Shown here: in pieces, positions 33,351 to 44,978 of the stretch
Position numbering within the stretch: the first letter of the stretch is position 1
Layout: each line of letters begins with the position of its first letter
Assembly (NCBI GenBank): GCA_905178155.1
Contig: CAJINV010000001.1
Coordinates: 2,842,089 to 2,906,088 of the forward strand
Direction of reading: 5' to 3'
DNA: 64,000 nucleotides
From: Amoebophrya sp. A120
Taxonomy: Eukaryota > Protista > Dinoflagellata
Notes under the pieces: model-generated
What the model saw: the letters and a program-made list of their open reading frames with translations, nothing else
What the model was told of the DNA's origin: nothing
Database searches by the model: none
Translations under genes and position numbers: made by a program

Positions 33351-33961
33351 TTTGACAGTAAACACCGGAAGCGAGAAGTAGAGCAATAGAGTTTATTCCG
33401 ACGTCCCGTCGCAGCTATCAAATCATTTCAAAATTGATCATACGAATGAGATCTCCGCTTCCGCTTCTACGTCCACCGAACAAGCACCACCAGCTCTCCT
33501 CTACTCAGTTTATCTCCTCTCGCATCGAAATCTCGCATGAAACCACAACGGTCAAGATCTTACAACTTGTTCACTACAAACATTCATATTATTAAATCGA
33601 CTGCAAAAAGAAAACATATTTCACATGTGGCAGCCATCCTGCGGCTGCGCCAGCCCTTCTGCGGCTGCGGGTTGTAGTTAGTTTGGGTCGTCTTCATGTT
33701 TCTCCATACGGCGTCGGTGTACAAAAGGAACACAAAAACAGGAGGCGGAAACAGGAGGGTTATTATATTGTTTTATTCGGTCGTCCTATCGCTTTTGTAC
33801 AACATTGGAGATTCATCAGAATGTTGTTCTAGTGTTACGTAGAAGGTTTTAAGTACATTGCTTTCAAGTCGACGTGTTGAACTGTACAATCGAAGAACGG
33901 TGCGTAGTACAAAGAATCAAGATTTTCATACAAAGAAGAGGTGTACTAGTGTAGAAACCGA

Positions 33962-36900
33962 TCACACATTCGCCACCGCTCCGTGCGCCTGTCTCCTCAT
34001 TCGTCTGACGACCTCGATGAAGAGGTGCATGGCTTCGATCCATAATGGCGAGTCAATGATTTGAAAGTACAGATCGACGGCGTTGCCTCCTTTCCTGCTG
34101 GTCAAGTACCGCAGACAAACGTAGTTTGGATGCTTCGGATCGGTTACCACCGCGCTTATGGTCAGGATGCTGCACAGTACCTGTTATTCGTATTTCAAAA
34201 AGTTGGTTGAAATTATCATGAGCAGAAAAGGAAAAGCATCTTCCCTTTTCGCATCGTACTATGGAACGACCAAACAAGCAGAGCACCAGAATGCAGCACC
34301 TTTGTAGTTAATACCTTCGCGTCACTAGTATCATTCGAGAGCCTATCTGCTTCCCGGTGGAAGATTCCGAAGTGCCACTTCAGTTTCCCGGCGCTTGTCT
34401 TCTTTTGAAACACGTTTGCAAATTTCGTCCTTGGTATTCCGAACCGCGATACCCACTTGACGCGCGCCTGCAACAACTGGCGCAATATCTTCAAAACCGC
34501 TTCGTACTCCGCGTTTCCCTTCAGATCCTTCATCGTCGCCAAGTGCTTGCTCATATCAACTGCAAATATGTCTGGGTCAGAGAGCTGTGGGGAAGTGAAA
34601 ACCGCAGAAAAAAAAAAAAACCTAAGTACTTTGACAGGATGAACTAGTACAAATAATCCCGCAGATATAGCTTAGTGGAGCAACCTCAAACGGTCTTGGT
34701 GGCAGAAGTTCCCCTGTCTGCGAACTGCTGAACCCGTTCTCCAGCCGGCGCCTGCAGAGCCGGGCGCGTCTTCCGAAGGGTGTGCCGCAGCGGGATGAGG
34801 CAAACCAGGACAGGGTCCTCTCCCGTCCTCGCCCCGCACGCGACGGGAATAATAGCCACCTCGATACTACAGAGACGCTTCGACAGTTCCGGAAGAGCGG
34901 AGGTGTTTCTAGTTCTTGATTGCGCGCTGGTGGAAGACGCAGCAAATGGAAATGATCCGTCCGCAGTTGTAGTTCTTCTTCTTTGGGCAGCTGCAGCAGG
35001 TGCTGGCGACGAAGTAACTGGGGGCTGCGCGGGGCCTGCACGGGGCACCAAGCCACTAGCGCCCCGCAGGAACGGCATTCGGATGTTTTGACTGTCGAAC
35101 TGGGCGGTGGCTCGGCCGAGGATTGCGGCTTCTTCCCGAAACCGCGTTGACACGAACTTGGGGTCGTTCCAGTACAGCGCGCTGCGCCGCGCGGTCCTCG
35201 TGCGGAGCCTAGACCGCTCGTCGCAAAACTTGCGGCATTTCCAAATAAGCGGACTCGGCGGCTCCGTCTGGATGCGGTGTAGCCGCTCGTTCCGGCGACG
35301 GACGTGCTTCTGCGGGCCTGCCTCTGTGCCGGCAGGTCGTTGTTCACAAGTAGATTGCTCCATCCCTCCTGAGGAAGTGGAACCCGAACCGGCAACCGTC
35401 GTGGTGGCCACAGCTTCATCGACACCGGAGAAAGGTTGTAGCCGTTTCCCCTGGCAGATGCTTTTGATCGTTCGGCCCTCCACACTGTCGGAGGTCCGCA
35501 ATCGGTACAGGTCCTTCCAGCCGTCCATGGCATGCACGATCGTTTCGGTCTTGCAGTGCAAAAAGCACGCGTCGGGATGCACGCAGTCGGCGGAACAAGC
35601 ACCGCCGTCCTGTTCCACCTGGTGCTGACACAGATCCTCAAGAAACACGTTCAGGTCCGCCTTAATCCCGCGGAACTCGTCCTTTCCCTCCTCTGGGTCC
35701 ACGGTGAACCGCCGCCAGCGCAGCATCAGCTGCTCCAACATTTCGGCAACGTCTTCTTCCGGCTCCTCCAGACAACTGGCGCTTTGGCCCGCACCAAGTA
35801 GTGCCCTCTGTGGGTCTCCGAGCGACACGGCCGGGTGGTAGGGTTGCAGCTGAAAATGTCCGTCACAAACGACAAGTGTTTCCACACAGGGCTGTTGCGT
35901 ACTACTACTAGACGGTTCTCGACGTACACTGGAGGTGCCTGTAGTTGTACTATCCGGAAACCGCAGACGGGAAACGAAGCAGATGCTGTACCAGTTTGGT
36001 GGATTCTTGGCGTGCTTCTCGTAGAATCGTGCCTCCTTGTATGTCCGCAGCTCGTCGTGATAAATCGGTCGCGTCCCGTGCTTCCCGGAGACCAGGAACG
36101 GCTTCTGCTTCAAAAACTTGTCACTGAAACAGAACAACGGAAAAGCCACTAGCGTTGGCCTCAGGTGGGCGTGTCCTCTCCTTGCTGCGCGGGCCAGGGC
36201 CATTGTCTTCGCGTGGTGCGCGGACCTACGCCGCCCGCCTGCGCGGTCTCGGTCATCATCCGAGTCTTCCTCGTCCCGATCGGTCGTGGTCTCGGGGCTC
36301 GACGGCGGCTCCGAGTCGCTCGCCGTGTCCGCATCTTCGAGCCGTGGAGGTAGCGTGTACATCTTCTTTCCCTGATCCACACAGAACTTGGCGACGCGGT
36401 CCAGCGTGACGCCGGGGGAAACTGACGAGCTCGCGCTATTCAGCCGCAACTGGGACATCCTAGTGCACTTCCAACCACGTTTCGACCTATCCCCGGGGAC
36501 CGGAATGAACTCGTTTTGGGGCTCCCGCAGTTTGCAGTCAATCACTAGTGGGCTGGAGCACAGCTTGTACGTGCGCGGCGGGTATCTTGTTGTCCTTCCG
36601 ACTGAGCGGGGTGAAACAGAACTGCCCCGCCCCGGGCTGGTGTCGTCCCCTGCTCCGGACGAAGTACCACAAGGCGCCAACGTGCACACGCATGTCAATT
36701 CGTGAAACGGGACCTGTGGATCCCACACTCGCGCGTGATCGTCCCGCTCAATCCATTCGCCCATAGGCGACACACGGATGCGGAAGATGTAGGGCTGGGG
36801 GCAAGGATCGTGCTCGGCCGCCGCCACGTCGGAACGACGACCGCCATGTCGTGTGCTCTGTTCCTGGCTCGGGGAGAACGTCGTGCCGCGGGCTAGAGGC

Positions 36901-39900
36901 CTCGCCGACGTTGCAGCGCTCGCCCCCAGTGGGATTTCATCCGGACTGTCAGCAGGGGCACGATCACGAACGGCGCCAGGCTGGACACGACGTCCGAATT
37001 GCGAAGAACGCGCCCGAAATCGTCCCCCGCTTGCTTCCCCGGAACTGCCAACAGTCGCGGCCGCGCAAAAAAAACTGACAAAAACAGTCGCGCCCGCACA
37101 AAAAATTCTCATGTGAGAAAACATTTCTTCTTCATTACAAAACACAACAGATAAGGATATTTTTCCACGTAGAAAAAATTAAAATAATAATAGAAAATAA
37201 GCACGACAGCCCTGTCAAGAATTTTCAAGTCGTCCTGGAAATTTAGGAAGGCATGTGCAAGAAACCAATTGTGTGCTCGCTTCTTCAGGCGAGCGAGTTA
37301 CTGTCTAACGTACTATCTATATTCCTGCTTGTAAGTAGCTGACAGCCAGTGTCTCAACCGGTTGTCACCAAGATCTGGAGAAACACCGCCCGTTTTAGTG
37401 GTGAACCAACAGACCTGGGGAGTTGCCTGAGAGAAAGTGAGCCGAGACCCGCAATCACCCCTGGCTTCAGAACCAGGCACTACTACCGCCTCCGTAGTGC
37501 TTCGATCAGCCTCCGCATAGCCACAGGGTCCAAAACAAGCCGCCTCTGCTTGCCCTTCCCTGCGTCAGAACAGGTGCTATAGAAATGACAGGTCCTAAGC
37601 AAGACTCCTCTTCTTGCCCTTCCTGCCTGCGCCACCTGAGCCGAGGCTCTGGTAGCGGTACGCTGACGCCGCCGGGAGACGCAGGAAAACACGGAGTTAT
37701 ACCCTGCACCGCCCAACTACCTCCCTAAAACCCTTTACCCTACCCTTAAACCAAAGATGTTGAAAGAAAATATTTACTTCGATTTTTTGATGTTTCGCTT
37801 GAAAGCGTCAGCACTTCAAGCACATTTTAAGACATATATTTGCTAGTGTAGTATGTGCCCTAAGACCGAAATATTTCTTTTCAGCTAGTACAAAAGAAAA
37901 TGAAAGCGTAAGCTAAGTTGTATTGAAATTGAAAATCCTTCAGAATGTTTAAAGATAAAGTGGTATCAATAATAAGTAAAGGATCAAGCGAAGTACTGAT
38001 GACGATGATGCTTTCGGGCCCGGCTCGGCACTAGTCCCTCTTCCGCGTCCGAAGCGCAGCAGTGAAATTCTATTTTGCCTGTGAGAAAATTGATTATGTG
38101 CATGCTATCGTCCGGGTCATCCATGATATTTTTAAGTAACTCTTTTTCGTAGTTCTTCATGTTTTTTTTCTTTAACTACAAATCTCGCACGGTGGATTTC
38201 GACGCGTTTGGTGGAGCGGTGATGTCCGAAGCACTAACGCGCTCGAGCTAAAACTGCGAGAAAGTTCGGTAACGACATCAGATCGTGTTGCTATTTGTAA
38301 AGAAAAAATAGCATTTTATCTCTTCTTCGTGCTTAGCTGGTGCAGCTGAAGCTTTTCAAGAGAGAGAGAGAGAGAGATCAAGTTTTTCTCCAACGACAGT
38401 ATACTTTTTGTAGTCAACGACCTCGACATGCTAGTCTGGTATGACTCTGAGATCTGTATCGCGTTGCCGCGAAGAGCTTCTCCTGCCTGTCATGCAAAAA
38501 CAGAGTTTCTCATCATGCGGGTTACGCAACTCCGAACAACGGAAAAACTTTAACTTGTCAAACATGCTTGGCAGCGCATTACAGGGCACTCACTATTCGT
38601 ATTCCCCTCCTTCCATCACAAGTTTCCAGACCCAGACAGGTTTACAGTGCATAGCTCACTTCCGCGGCGACCGGAGCGCTGATCGGGTGCTCGATGAAAT
38701 GCTCAAGCCTGGTGATTATCAACCGTAAAAATGTCTGGGTCTGGAAGAATGCATGTTTGTCATGCTTGTCTGGCATGACTATTAAATCTGTCATGCATGT
38801 TGCCCAAGAGCCGCATTTTTCTGTCATGCGGAGACGCAATTTGTCATGCAGAATAGGCAACACCTACAAGCTCAGAAACTTCTCATGGTGAGCCAGCACT
38901 TGTGGCCTCCTCATGCTACGCCACTCAGCATCACAAGTTTCCAGACCCAGACATTTTTACAGTTGATAGTGATCTCGTCGGAAGATTGCTTGTCCACGTC
39001 TGCCTTGTACTGGATACTTAGCACTACTTTCCCCGACTGAAAGCTGTCCGTAATCGCACTGCCGTCCGCTTTTTTCACGACCGAAAACGCCTCGTGGCGG
39101 ACGCAGCCGAAGGAACGACGGGCAATCACCATCTCCATCACATCCAGTATCCGGTGCGCCATACGGTGCTTCGTGCGGAATAAACCGCCCGTGACGACCC
39201 AAACCTGAGGATTCATCGAGATTGATTTTAACTTTTGATGCTCAACAAATAAAACCATTTCTGTTCTTTCATCAAAAAAACTTTTCAAAAATTTTGCAGC
39301 ACATGCAGCAGTGGGCAAACTAACTGTACTGCGTCTGATATCATTTTCGATGTTTCATAATTTCCAGTACCTCTATCACGATGCTTCTGTATCCCTGCAA
39401 TATCCTGACGTCAAGCGGCTTTTCAATGACCCCGTTTTTGCTGTCCGGCGTCCAGTAGTCCTTGCCCCCAGCGATGATTTTCACGCTATACACCCCCTTG
39501 TCCTCCGGGTGGGGGTTCAGCATCTTCAAACTGTGCACGTTGATCACCAAATCAATCGCCTGAAACTTGTCCCAGCCAATGGAGAAGAGGAAGTTCTTGA
39601 TTGCCGGGAACCTCCGCCAGTTCAGGTGGCACAGACAGCAAAGGAAGCAGAAAAACAGGAAGGACAGGACGAAGAGGTGAGCAATGTTCAACGGACCCAC
39701 GATCGGTCGGGTCACCCCGCAGAGGTCCCAACTTGGTGACGGGTGGTGGTTGGTTCCGAAGTGGACGGGGTGCGTTTCACCGTGAGCGGCGGCGGCTGCA
39801 GCCTCTTCCAGGTGTTCTTCTGTGCCGGGAGGCACCGGCATCACGTGCAAGTGAAGGTGGGAATGGGAAAAAGCGTTTTCGAATTTATTTCGGGTTTGTT

Positions 39901-40225
39901 TCGCTACTTGTTCCCCTTGGTGAACTTGCACCGCCGAGGAGGAGGATGAATAGGCGGATGATGTTGAGGGAGCTGATGGCGACGTTCCGATTTCTAGTGG
40001 TGTGCGACCGGCTGATACTCGTCCTGCGTGGTGAGTGATCCGTGAAGATGCCGATGCGGCCGGTACAGTTGTTGCTGACGATCCAACGTCCTCGAGGCCG
40101 CCCCTCGTCGTCCTTTCTCCTTCATGAAGATCGCGGTTCTGTTCAGCAAAAGAGGATGCTTCTGCAGGAGCTTCGCCAACGATGTCCGGAGACAGGCGCA
40201 TCGTCGCTCTCGTGACTTTGAACAT
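33962..40225 (-). CDS. Hydrophobic segment + C2 + PH-like protein resembling apicomplexan CERLI1/RASP rhoptry-surface proteins; contains 2 introners, one of 4.1 kb
   Basis: Assembled from 39341-40225 (C2-like IDLVINVHSLK...EKPLDVRILQGYRSIVIEV), the 38969-39205 region, a short exon 38654-38716, 34216-34554 and the last exon ending at 33962 (PH-like ILTISAVVTDP...LWIEAMHLFIEVVR). Family call is from remembered domain architecture. Confidence 0.6.
34686..37145 (-). CDS. Intronless hypothetical protein (819 aa) nested inside the giant introner; N-terminal hydrophobic signal-like segment
   Basis: Uninterrupted ORF with N-terminal MRIFCAGATVFVSFFCAAATVGSS and Cys/His-rich patches. No recognisable transposase motif. 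Confidence 0.65.
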   Translation of the reverse strand: MFCNEEEMFSHMRIFCAGATVFVSFFCAAATVGSSGEASGGRFRARSSQFGRRVQPGAVRDRAPADSPDEIPLGASAATSARPLARGTTFSPSQEQSTRHGGRRSDVAAAEHDPCPQPYIFRIRVSPMGEWIERDDHARVWDPQVPFHELTCVCTLAPCGTSSGAGDDTSPGRGSSVSPRSVGRTTRYPPRTYKLCSSPLVIDCKLREPQNEFIPVPGDRSKRGWKCTRMSQLRLNSASSSVSPGVTLDRVAKFCVDQGKKMYTLPPRLEDADTASDSEPPSSPETTTDRDEEDSDDDRDRAGGRRRSAHHAKTMALARAARRGHAHLRPTLVAFPLFCFSDKFLKQKPFLVSGKHGTRPIYHDELRTYKEARFYEKHAKNPPNWYSICFVSRLRFPDSTTTGTSSVRREPSSSSTQQPCVETLVVCDGHFQLQPYHPAVSLGDPQRALLGAGQSASCLEEPEEDVAEMLEQLMLRWRRFTVDPEEGKDEFRGIKADLNVFLEDLCQHQVEQDGGACSADCVHPDACFLHCKTETIVHAMDGWKDLYRLRTSDSVEGRTIKSICQGKRLQPFSGVDEAVATTTVAGSGSTSSGGMEQSTCEQRPAGTEAGPQKHVRRRNERLHRIQTEPPSPLIWKCRKFCDERSRLRTRTARRSALYWNDPKFVSTRFREEAAILGRATAQFDSQNIRMPFLRGASGLVPRAGPAQPPVTSSPAPAAAAQRRRTTTADGSFPFAASSTSAQSRTRNTSALPELSKRLCSIEVAIIPVACGARTGEDPVLVCLIPLRHTLRKTRPALQAPAGERVQQFADRGTSATKTV
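37340..37752. repeat. Dispersed structured repeat ending in a degenerate telomere-like tract; homologous segment at about 3150-3265
   Basis: Shared blocks with 3156-3262: CACCGCCCGTTTTAG, ACCT..GGGAGTT(T)GCCT and a GC(C)ACTAC...CCGT(A/G)G hairpin. Ends CCCTAAAACCCTTTACCCTACCCTTAAACC. Confidence 0.5.
38717..38968. mobile_element. Introner, family A subfamily (252 bp)
   Basis: TATCAACCGTAAAAATGTCTGGGTCTGGAA ... TTCCAGACCCAGACATTTTTACAGTTGATA; repeat GTGAT; join DEITRLEHF. Confidence 0.92.
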
Positions 40226-40999
40226 GAGGTGGATGAGACCGGCAAAGCCGAGACACTTGCGACTTGAAGTTCTGTCCTGTGTTCTACAATAGTTTCGTAA
40301 GTAAATTATTGCTCTAGTGCAACTAGAAACCAGCCCCGTGCTTCTTGAGGCAACTTCTACGAGATTCTACTTTGTCAATACTTACAATAGATTTTATTTC
40401 CGCCGCGGACAAGATTCGCGTTCCAGATATATTTTTCCGTACATCGTGTAATCACAGAGGGAAAACCACGAACGAAATTATACGACTGCGATGGCGAAGA
40501 TACGAGTCTGCCTCTGCGTTCTTGAAACCTTGCATGAGCGACAGCTTGCTGCGAAAGAGCGACAACGAATACTTCTACGACCGAGGAGAGAACTCGCTCA
40601 CTTCTGATCGAAAGACTGAGTTCGAAAGCAGAGCGTGATGGGGATAGAAAGAAACGATCTACGAAGACGATGTGACGAGACAATGACGAAAGATGATTTC
40701 TAGCAGTAATTGCAACACAGGCGGGGGCACCAGCGCCAGACAACGTGGACAAAAGATTAACAGTTGGTGGGCTACCGCAACCGCAAGGACAAAGAAATGC
40801 GCTGCTAGGAGCCCGAACATGCCCTCCGCCATCAGCGATGAGATTAACATTAGACAGCGGAAGCAAAGATTTTGGTACTTGTCTGTCATTGTCTTCGAAA
40901 CAGGTTTAGCTCAGGGAAGCGAAACATTTGTCTGGCTCGGTCTTTTTTTATTCTCTGAAAACAACATGGCGAGAAAAGCAAAAAGAGAATAATCCATCA

Positions 41000-41630
41000 C
41001 TATCCTAACCCTGAGAGCACGCAGACAAGAAACAGCGCAACAAGCGCGCACCCTATTGACAGGAGAACCCAAAATCCCGCCGACCGCCAGCCTGCCACCG
41101 CGCCAACGATAAGGGCGACGATAATGAGAAGCACTCCCAAGGCACCTAGACCCCAGACGAAATACCTCGCGTTTTTATTCTCCGCGTAGATCGTGCGGTC
41201 GGGCGGCGGAGGCATGGCACCTGGTTTCATTTGTCTGGGAAAAGCTGGATCAATACGTCATCGAGGCACTTCTCGTCCTTCAGCTTCACGAAAAGAAAGA
41301 GAAATCACTTTGCAGCAGTTCGACATTTCAGAATCAAAGGGGTCCTCACAGCCGCATGTTCATGTACTTCTTACCTTGCCCAGGGTTGTAGAATGCGTCT
41401 GGGTTACTGGCGCCGATGAGTTGCTCTTTTGGAATTTCTACTCCGCGTGCGTACAAGCTGAGACTTTCGACGGGCACATCCCCTGTTTTTTCGGATACCG
41501 GGAGGGGAGAGACAGGAAACTGATTTGCAAAATGACCACCAGAAACCTGCTCCGATTGAGGAAGCTCGCCGGAGAGGATCTGCACCATGGGCGGCCCTTG
41601 CTCGGTGCCTTGTTTTCCAATCGGATTCAT
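41000..41630 (-). CDS. Small membrane protein with two C-terminal TM helices; one GT-AG intron
   Basis: Exon MNPIGKQ...PGQ spliced (G|GTAAG...ATCCAG|CT) to AFPRQMKPG...; hydrophobic YFVWGLGALGVLLIIVALIVG and FWVLLSIGCALVALFLVCVL. Confidence 0.6.
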
Positions 41631-42059
41631 CTTGTTGTGGCGGAAAGTATGTAGTGTTCGACTCTTTTTCTCGCTGAAAGAACTGAGGTCAAAATCTTTG
41701 GGGAGACCACGCACGTGCCTATGATCACAATCACAAATCACATCATAGTCAGATTGATAATAAATCCGCACATAAATAAAAAGCGTGCCTGAACACCGGA
41801 TGACAAACGAGGAACAAGCAGCGCACAAAAGCACACAGAGAGATAGTTCTTTTATCTCTGGTATGAAACCTTTCCACTGGCAGATCTGAAACATTTACTG
41901 TTTGCGAAAGCGAAAGGAAACCTGAAACGAGAACGACATTCATGTTCATCAGTAGAAAGAAGTACGATCTAGGACAGACTCACCACGCCAGGAAGAATAC
42001 GAGTCGCGTCGTGAGCTTCATGCAGTTGTGTTCATTTTCTATCTGTATAGACCCAATCT

Positions 42060-44978
42060 TCATCGTGATCCCTGCCGCTGCCTGCCCATGCGGCTTGCGT
42101 ACCCCGGCCTGGTATTTCCCGCAACTCGCTGTGCCGCCTGATTGGTCCCAGCAGAATCCTTCGATGTTGAAGCACTGGTTGTCGGTTCGTCCTGCTCGAA
42201 AACTCCCGCTGAAGTTTCTCGATAGTCCTGGTCTTTTTCCGACCAGTGTACCAGGGTTCGCACCAGCGCCTTTCTGCTGTCACTCCTTGTTTCGATGCGC
42301 TCCGACGGGGTGATGTCCAGCAGCTTGCTTCTCGCAGATCCGACGCGCTCTTTCTGCTCTTCTTCGCTTTTGCGCACTTGCTTCAGCAACTGCCAGCACA
42401 GGTAGGTCGCGACCAAGGCCATGATGGAGGTGGTGAAGAACCAGTCAAGGAACGTGTACCTGAAATATGCGATTATTGCTGAGAGAGTGTGCGGCCATAC
42501 TGTGCCCTCTCTAAGTAGAACGATGTACAGTTTTATTTTTCCTCTTGTTTCGAAAGCCTGAACTGCGCATCAATTTCAATTCACGTACACGTAGTAGTTT
42601 TCATCTTCAATTGTATACCTTCGGTTATGTGCCACGAGCCCCAAGTAGTCGCCGAAAAAGACCCCGACGAGCACGAGCACGGGCGCCACGGGGATGCGCC
42701 AGGCCGCCTTGATTGTGGAGCCGGCGTACTTCAGGATTCGGCCGACAAACAGCCCGTGACAGGCGGAGATGATGAAAGCCGCCGTGGCGTGGCCGTCGAT
42801 AAAGGGGTTGACAGATTCAGTTCCGCCCCCCGTCGACGCGGCCGAGGTGGAAATGCGGACCAGGAGCAGAATGAAGCTGCACCACATGTACAGCATCCCA
42901 TTCTGAACATCAACATCGTTCAGAAAGTTCTTCACTTCCCGCTCCGTGTTCGCAACGGAGTCCGCACGCAGGCACGACTCGTCCAAAGGCGCGACGTTTT
43001 CTACAACTGTTGCGTCTCCCGAAGTGGTTCTTTCCTCGTCGCTTGTGGTCGTCGTCCCTGCCACGGTCGGCCCGGTGCTGCTCGATGGCTCCACGTCGGT
43101 TGCGGCCGTCTGTCCTTGTTCCCCGAGAATTTGTTGCTGGGCCCCAACATCCACGACCGTCCAGACCGGCACGCGCATCATGTATTCCATGGAAACGCAA
43201 CCCCCGATGTTGGCGAAGATGCACAGTACTGCGAGTATACCAGGCATGTACTCCGTCGTCCCCGACGTGGTCGCAGGATTCGGCACTGCACCCGGGTCCT
43301 CCGTTGTTCCACCGTATTCCGCGACGCCCTGAAGAATGCAGAAAAAGGTGAGCAAAAACACCAAGGATTGCGACGGCCAATCTTCCAAGGAATGGTCGTT
43401 TCCGAAGACGCGCGCGCGGAGGAAGACAGTGCCGACCAGTTGGCACTCGCGCAGGACCGCAAACGCTCCCACCCTGGACGTGCCCAACACCATCTGCGTG
43501 ACGACGTTCCCGACACAGAAGAGCGCCGCCGGGAGGGAGAAGCGCAGGAAAGACTTCCACACCCAGCCGTGATGCAGTTGCTTCGTGTCGCTGCCACGTA
43601 AGCTTGGGCCGGAGACGGAAAACAATTCGAACACGGAGGTCAGACCGACAGAAGTGGTGTGGTTCGTCGCGCTCGCCGGCGCCCCGGTTCTTGTACTGCT
43701 TCCGTCACCTACTTCCTCTACCAATTTGCGACCCTGGTCCTGCTCGCTGTAGGTGGATTTCGCCGCAATAACCGCACAGCAGAAGAACAATTTCAACAAC
43801 TCTTGCTCCATATAAAACGTCACCGTGTTGAAGGTCATCTTGTGGTCATTTCCGCCGGCGATCATGGAAAACAAGATGTTGACACTGCAGGAAGTACAGA
43901 GCGAGATGCACCCGAACAGGTTCCCAAAGATGAACTGGCTCGCGGCGCTGCCCTGCGATCCGGAGCTGTCCGTGCTCGCCGTGTAGTACATCTGGAAGGC
44001 GAAGAAGGCAACCACGATGAGAACCAACGACATGGCAAAGAAAACGTCCATGGTGGAAACGTAGTGCCCGAGCGTGTCCATCTTCGTTCTCAGCATGCGT
44101 TGGTTCCTCTCCTGCAGCGAGGCCGGACCGTTCACAACCCACTCGTCGGCGGATACATCTAGAAGCGAGGCGGGTGATGAATTCGCAGGTCGTGCTGAAG
44201 CTGAGTCTTGTTCCTGTTGTCCAGGAGCCCCAGCTGCGTTTTTGTTCGCAGCGAAATCCAGTGCACTGGAGAACTCCAAAAAGTTCCAGTGCGGCACAGA
44301 CGTCGCGGTCGATCGCATGGTGCTGGTCCAAATGTTGTGCAGGTCGCGCAGCGAGTTCTGGAAAATTGCCGAAAGTCCCATCGGGGAAGAGGAGGGCTCG
44401 TATGGAAAGGGAAAGGCACGAAGTTTGCTTTCTGTGTCTTTTATTTTTGCCCCGTCGACGACGACGACACTGTTGCTGTTGCCCGATGTCGCAGAAATAG
44501 TGCTACGTCCGCTGCCCGTGATGTGCTGCTGCTGCTGCTGCTGTCCGAGCCCTTGCAACGCCCAAGTTCTACTTTGATGCACATTTTGTTTCTTGGAATA
44601 ATGTGCTGCTCCGGTGTTAGCAGAAGATGAAGACGTCGGCAATTCTTCGGCTAGTTTATCTTGATGAAGTAGAAGTTCATTTTGAGGAAGCTTGTCGCTC
44701 TCGTTTTCTTGCGGAGATCTCGCCTCTCCGCGCAAGAGTTGACGGGCTTCTTCGTCCCGCACAGAATCGGCTTGTAGTTGCACAATCGTTTTTCTGTTCT
44801 GGGACTTTTGTTGCTCTGTGGCAGCACTGACGATTCCGAAAGAACTGCATGGGGAGAGCAGTGAGATGAAACCGGCCAGGGCGACTTTTCCCATCGGGAG
44901 AAACCCCCGGGAGGTGGGACGGCGCTGGCGGTTGCCAATTTGTTTACTTTCCAAATCAGGAAGGCGAGGCATTACCAT
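42060..44978 (-). CDS. Nucleotide-sugar transporter-like protein (SLC35A/DMT) with long N-terminal extension
   Basis: SLC35A-like motifs EQELLKL, LPAALFCVGN, VSMEYMMR, VQNGMLY and GLFVGRILKYAGSTIK. A GT-AG intron at about 42460-42618 joins the last TM exon (RYTFLDWFFTTSIMALV). Confidence 0.7.

Larger units (their letters stand above)
34554..38653. mobile_element. Giant family-A introner (4100 bp) containing a nested ORF
   Basis: Left TIR TATCAACTGCAAATATGTCTGGGTC at 34554; right TIR CCAGACCCAGACAGGTTTACAGTGCATA ending at 38653; perfect repeat GCTCA; removal gives PVAAEVSKHLATMK in frame. Confidence 0.8.

Noticed and set aside
34686-37145. Calling the nested ORF the introner transposase
   Set aside because: There is no visible DDE, HUH or tyrosine-recombinase signature, and it has a signal-like N-terminus. 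It looks inserted into a pre-existing short element.
38359-38376. (GA)n microsatellite, and (TC)n at about 48983-49010
   Set aside because: These are ordinary short microsatellites. No target duplication could be tied to the nested insertion.
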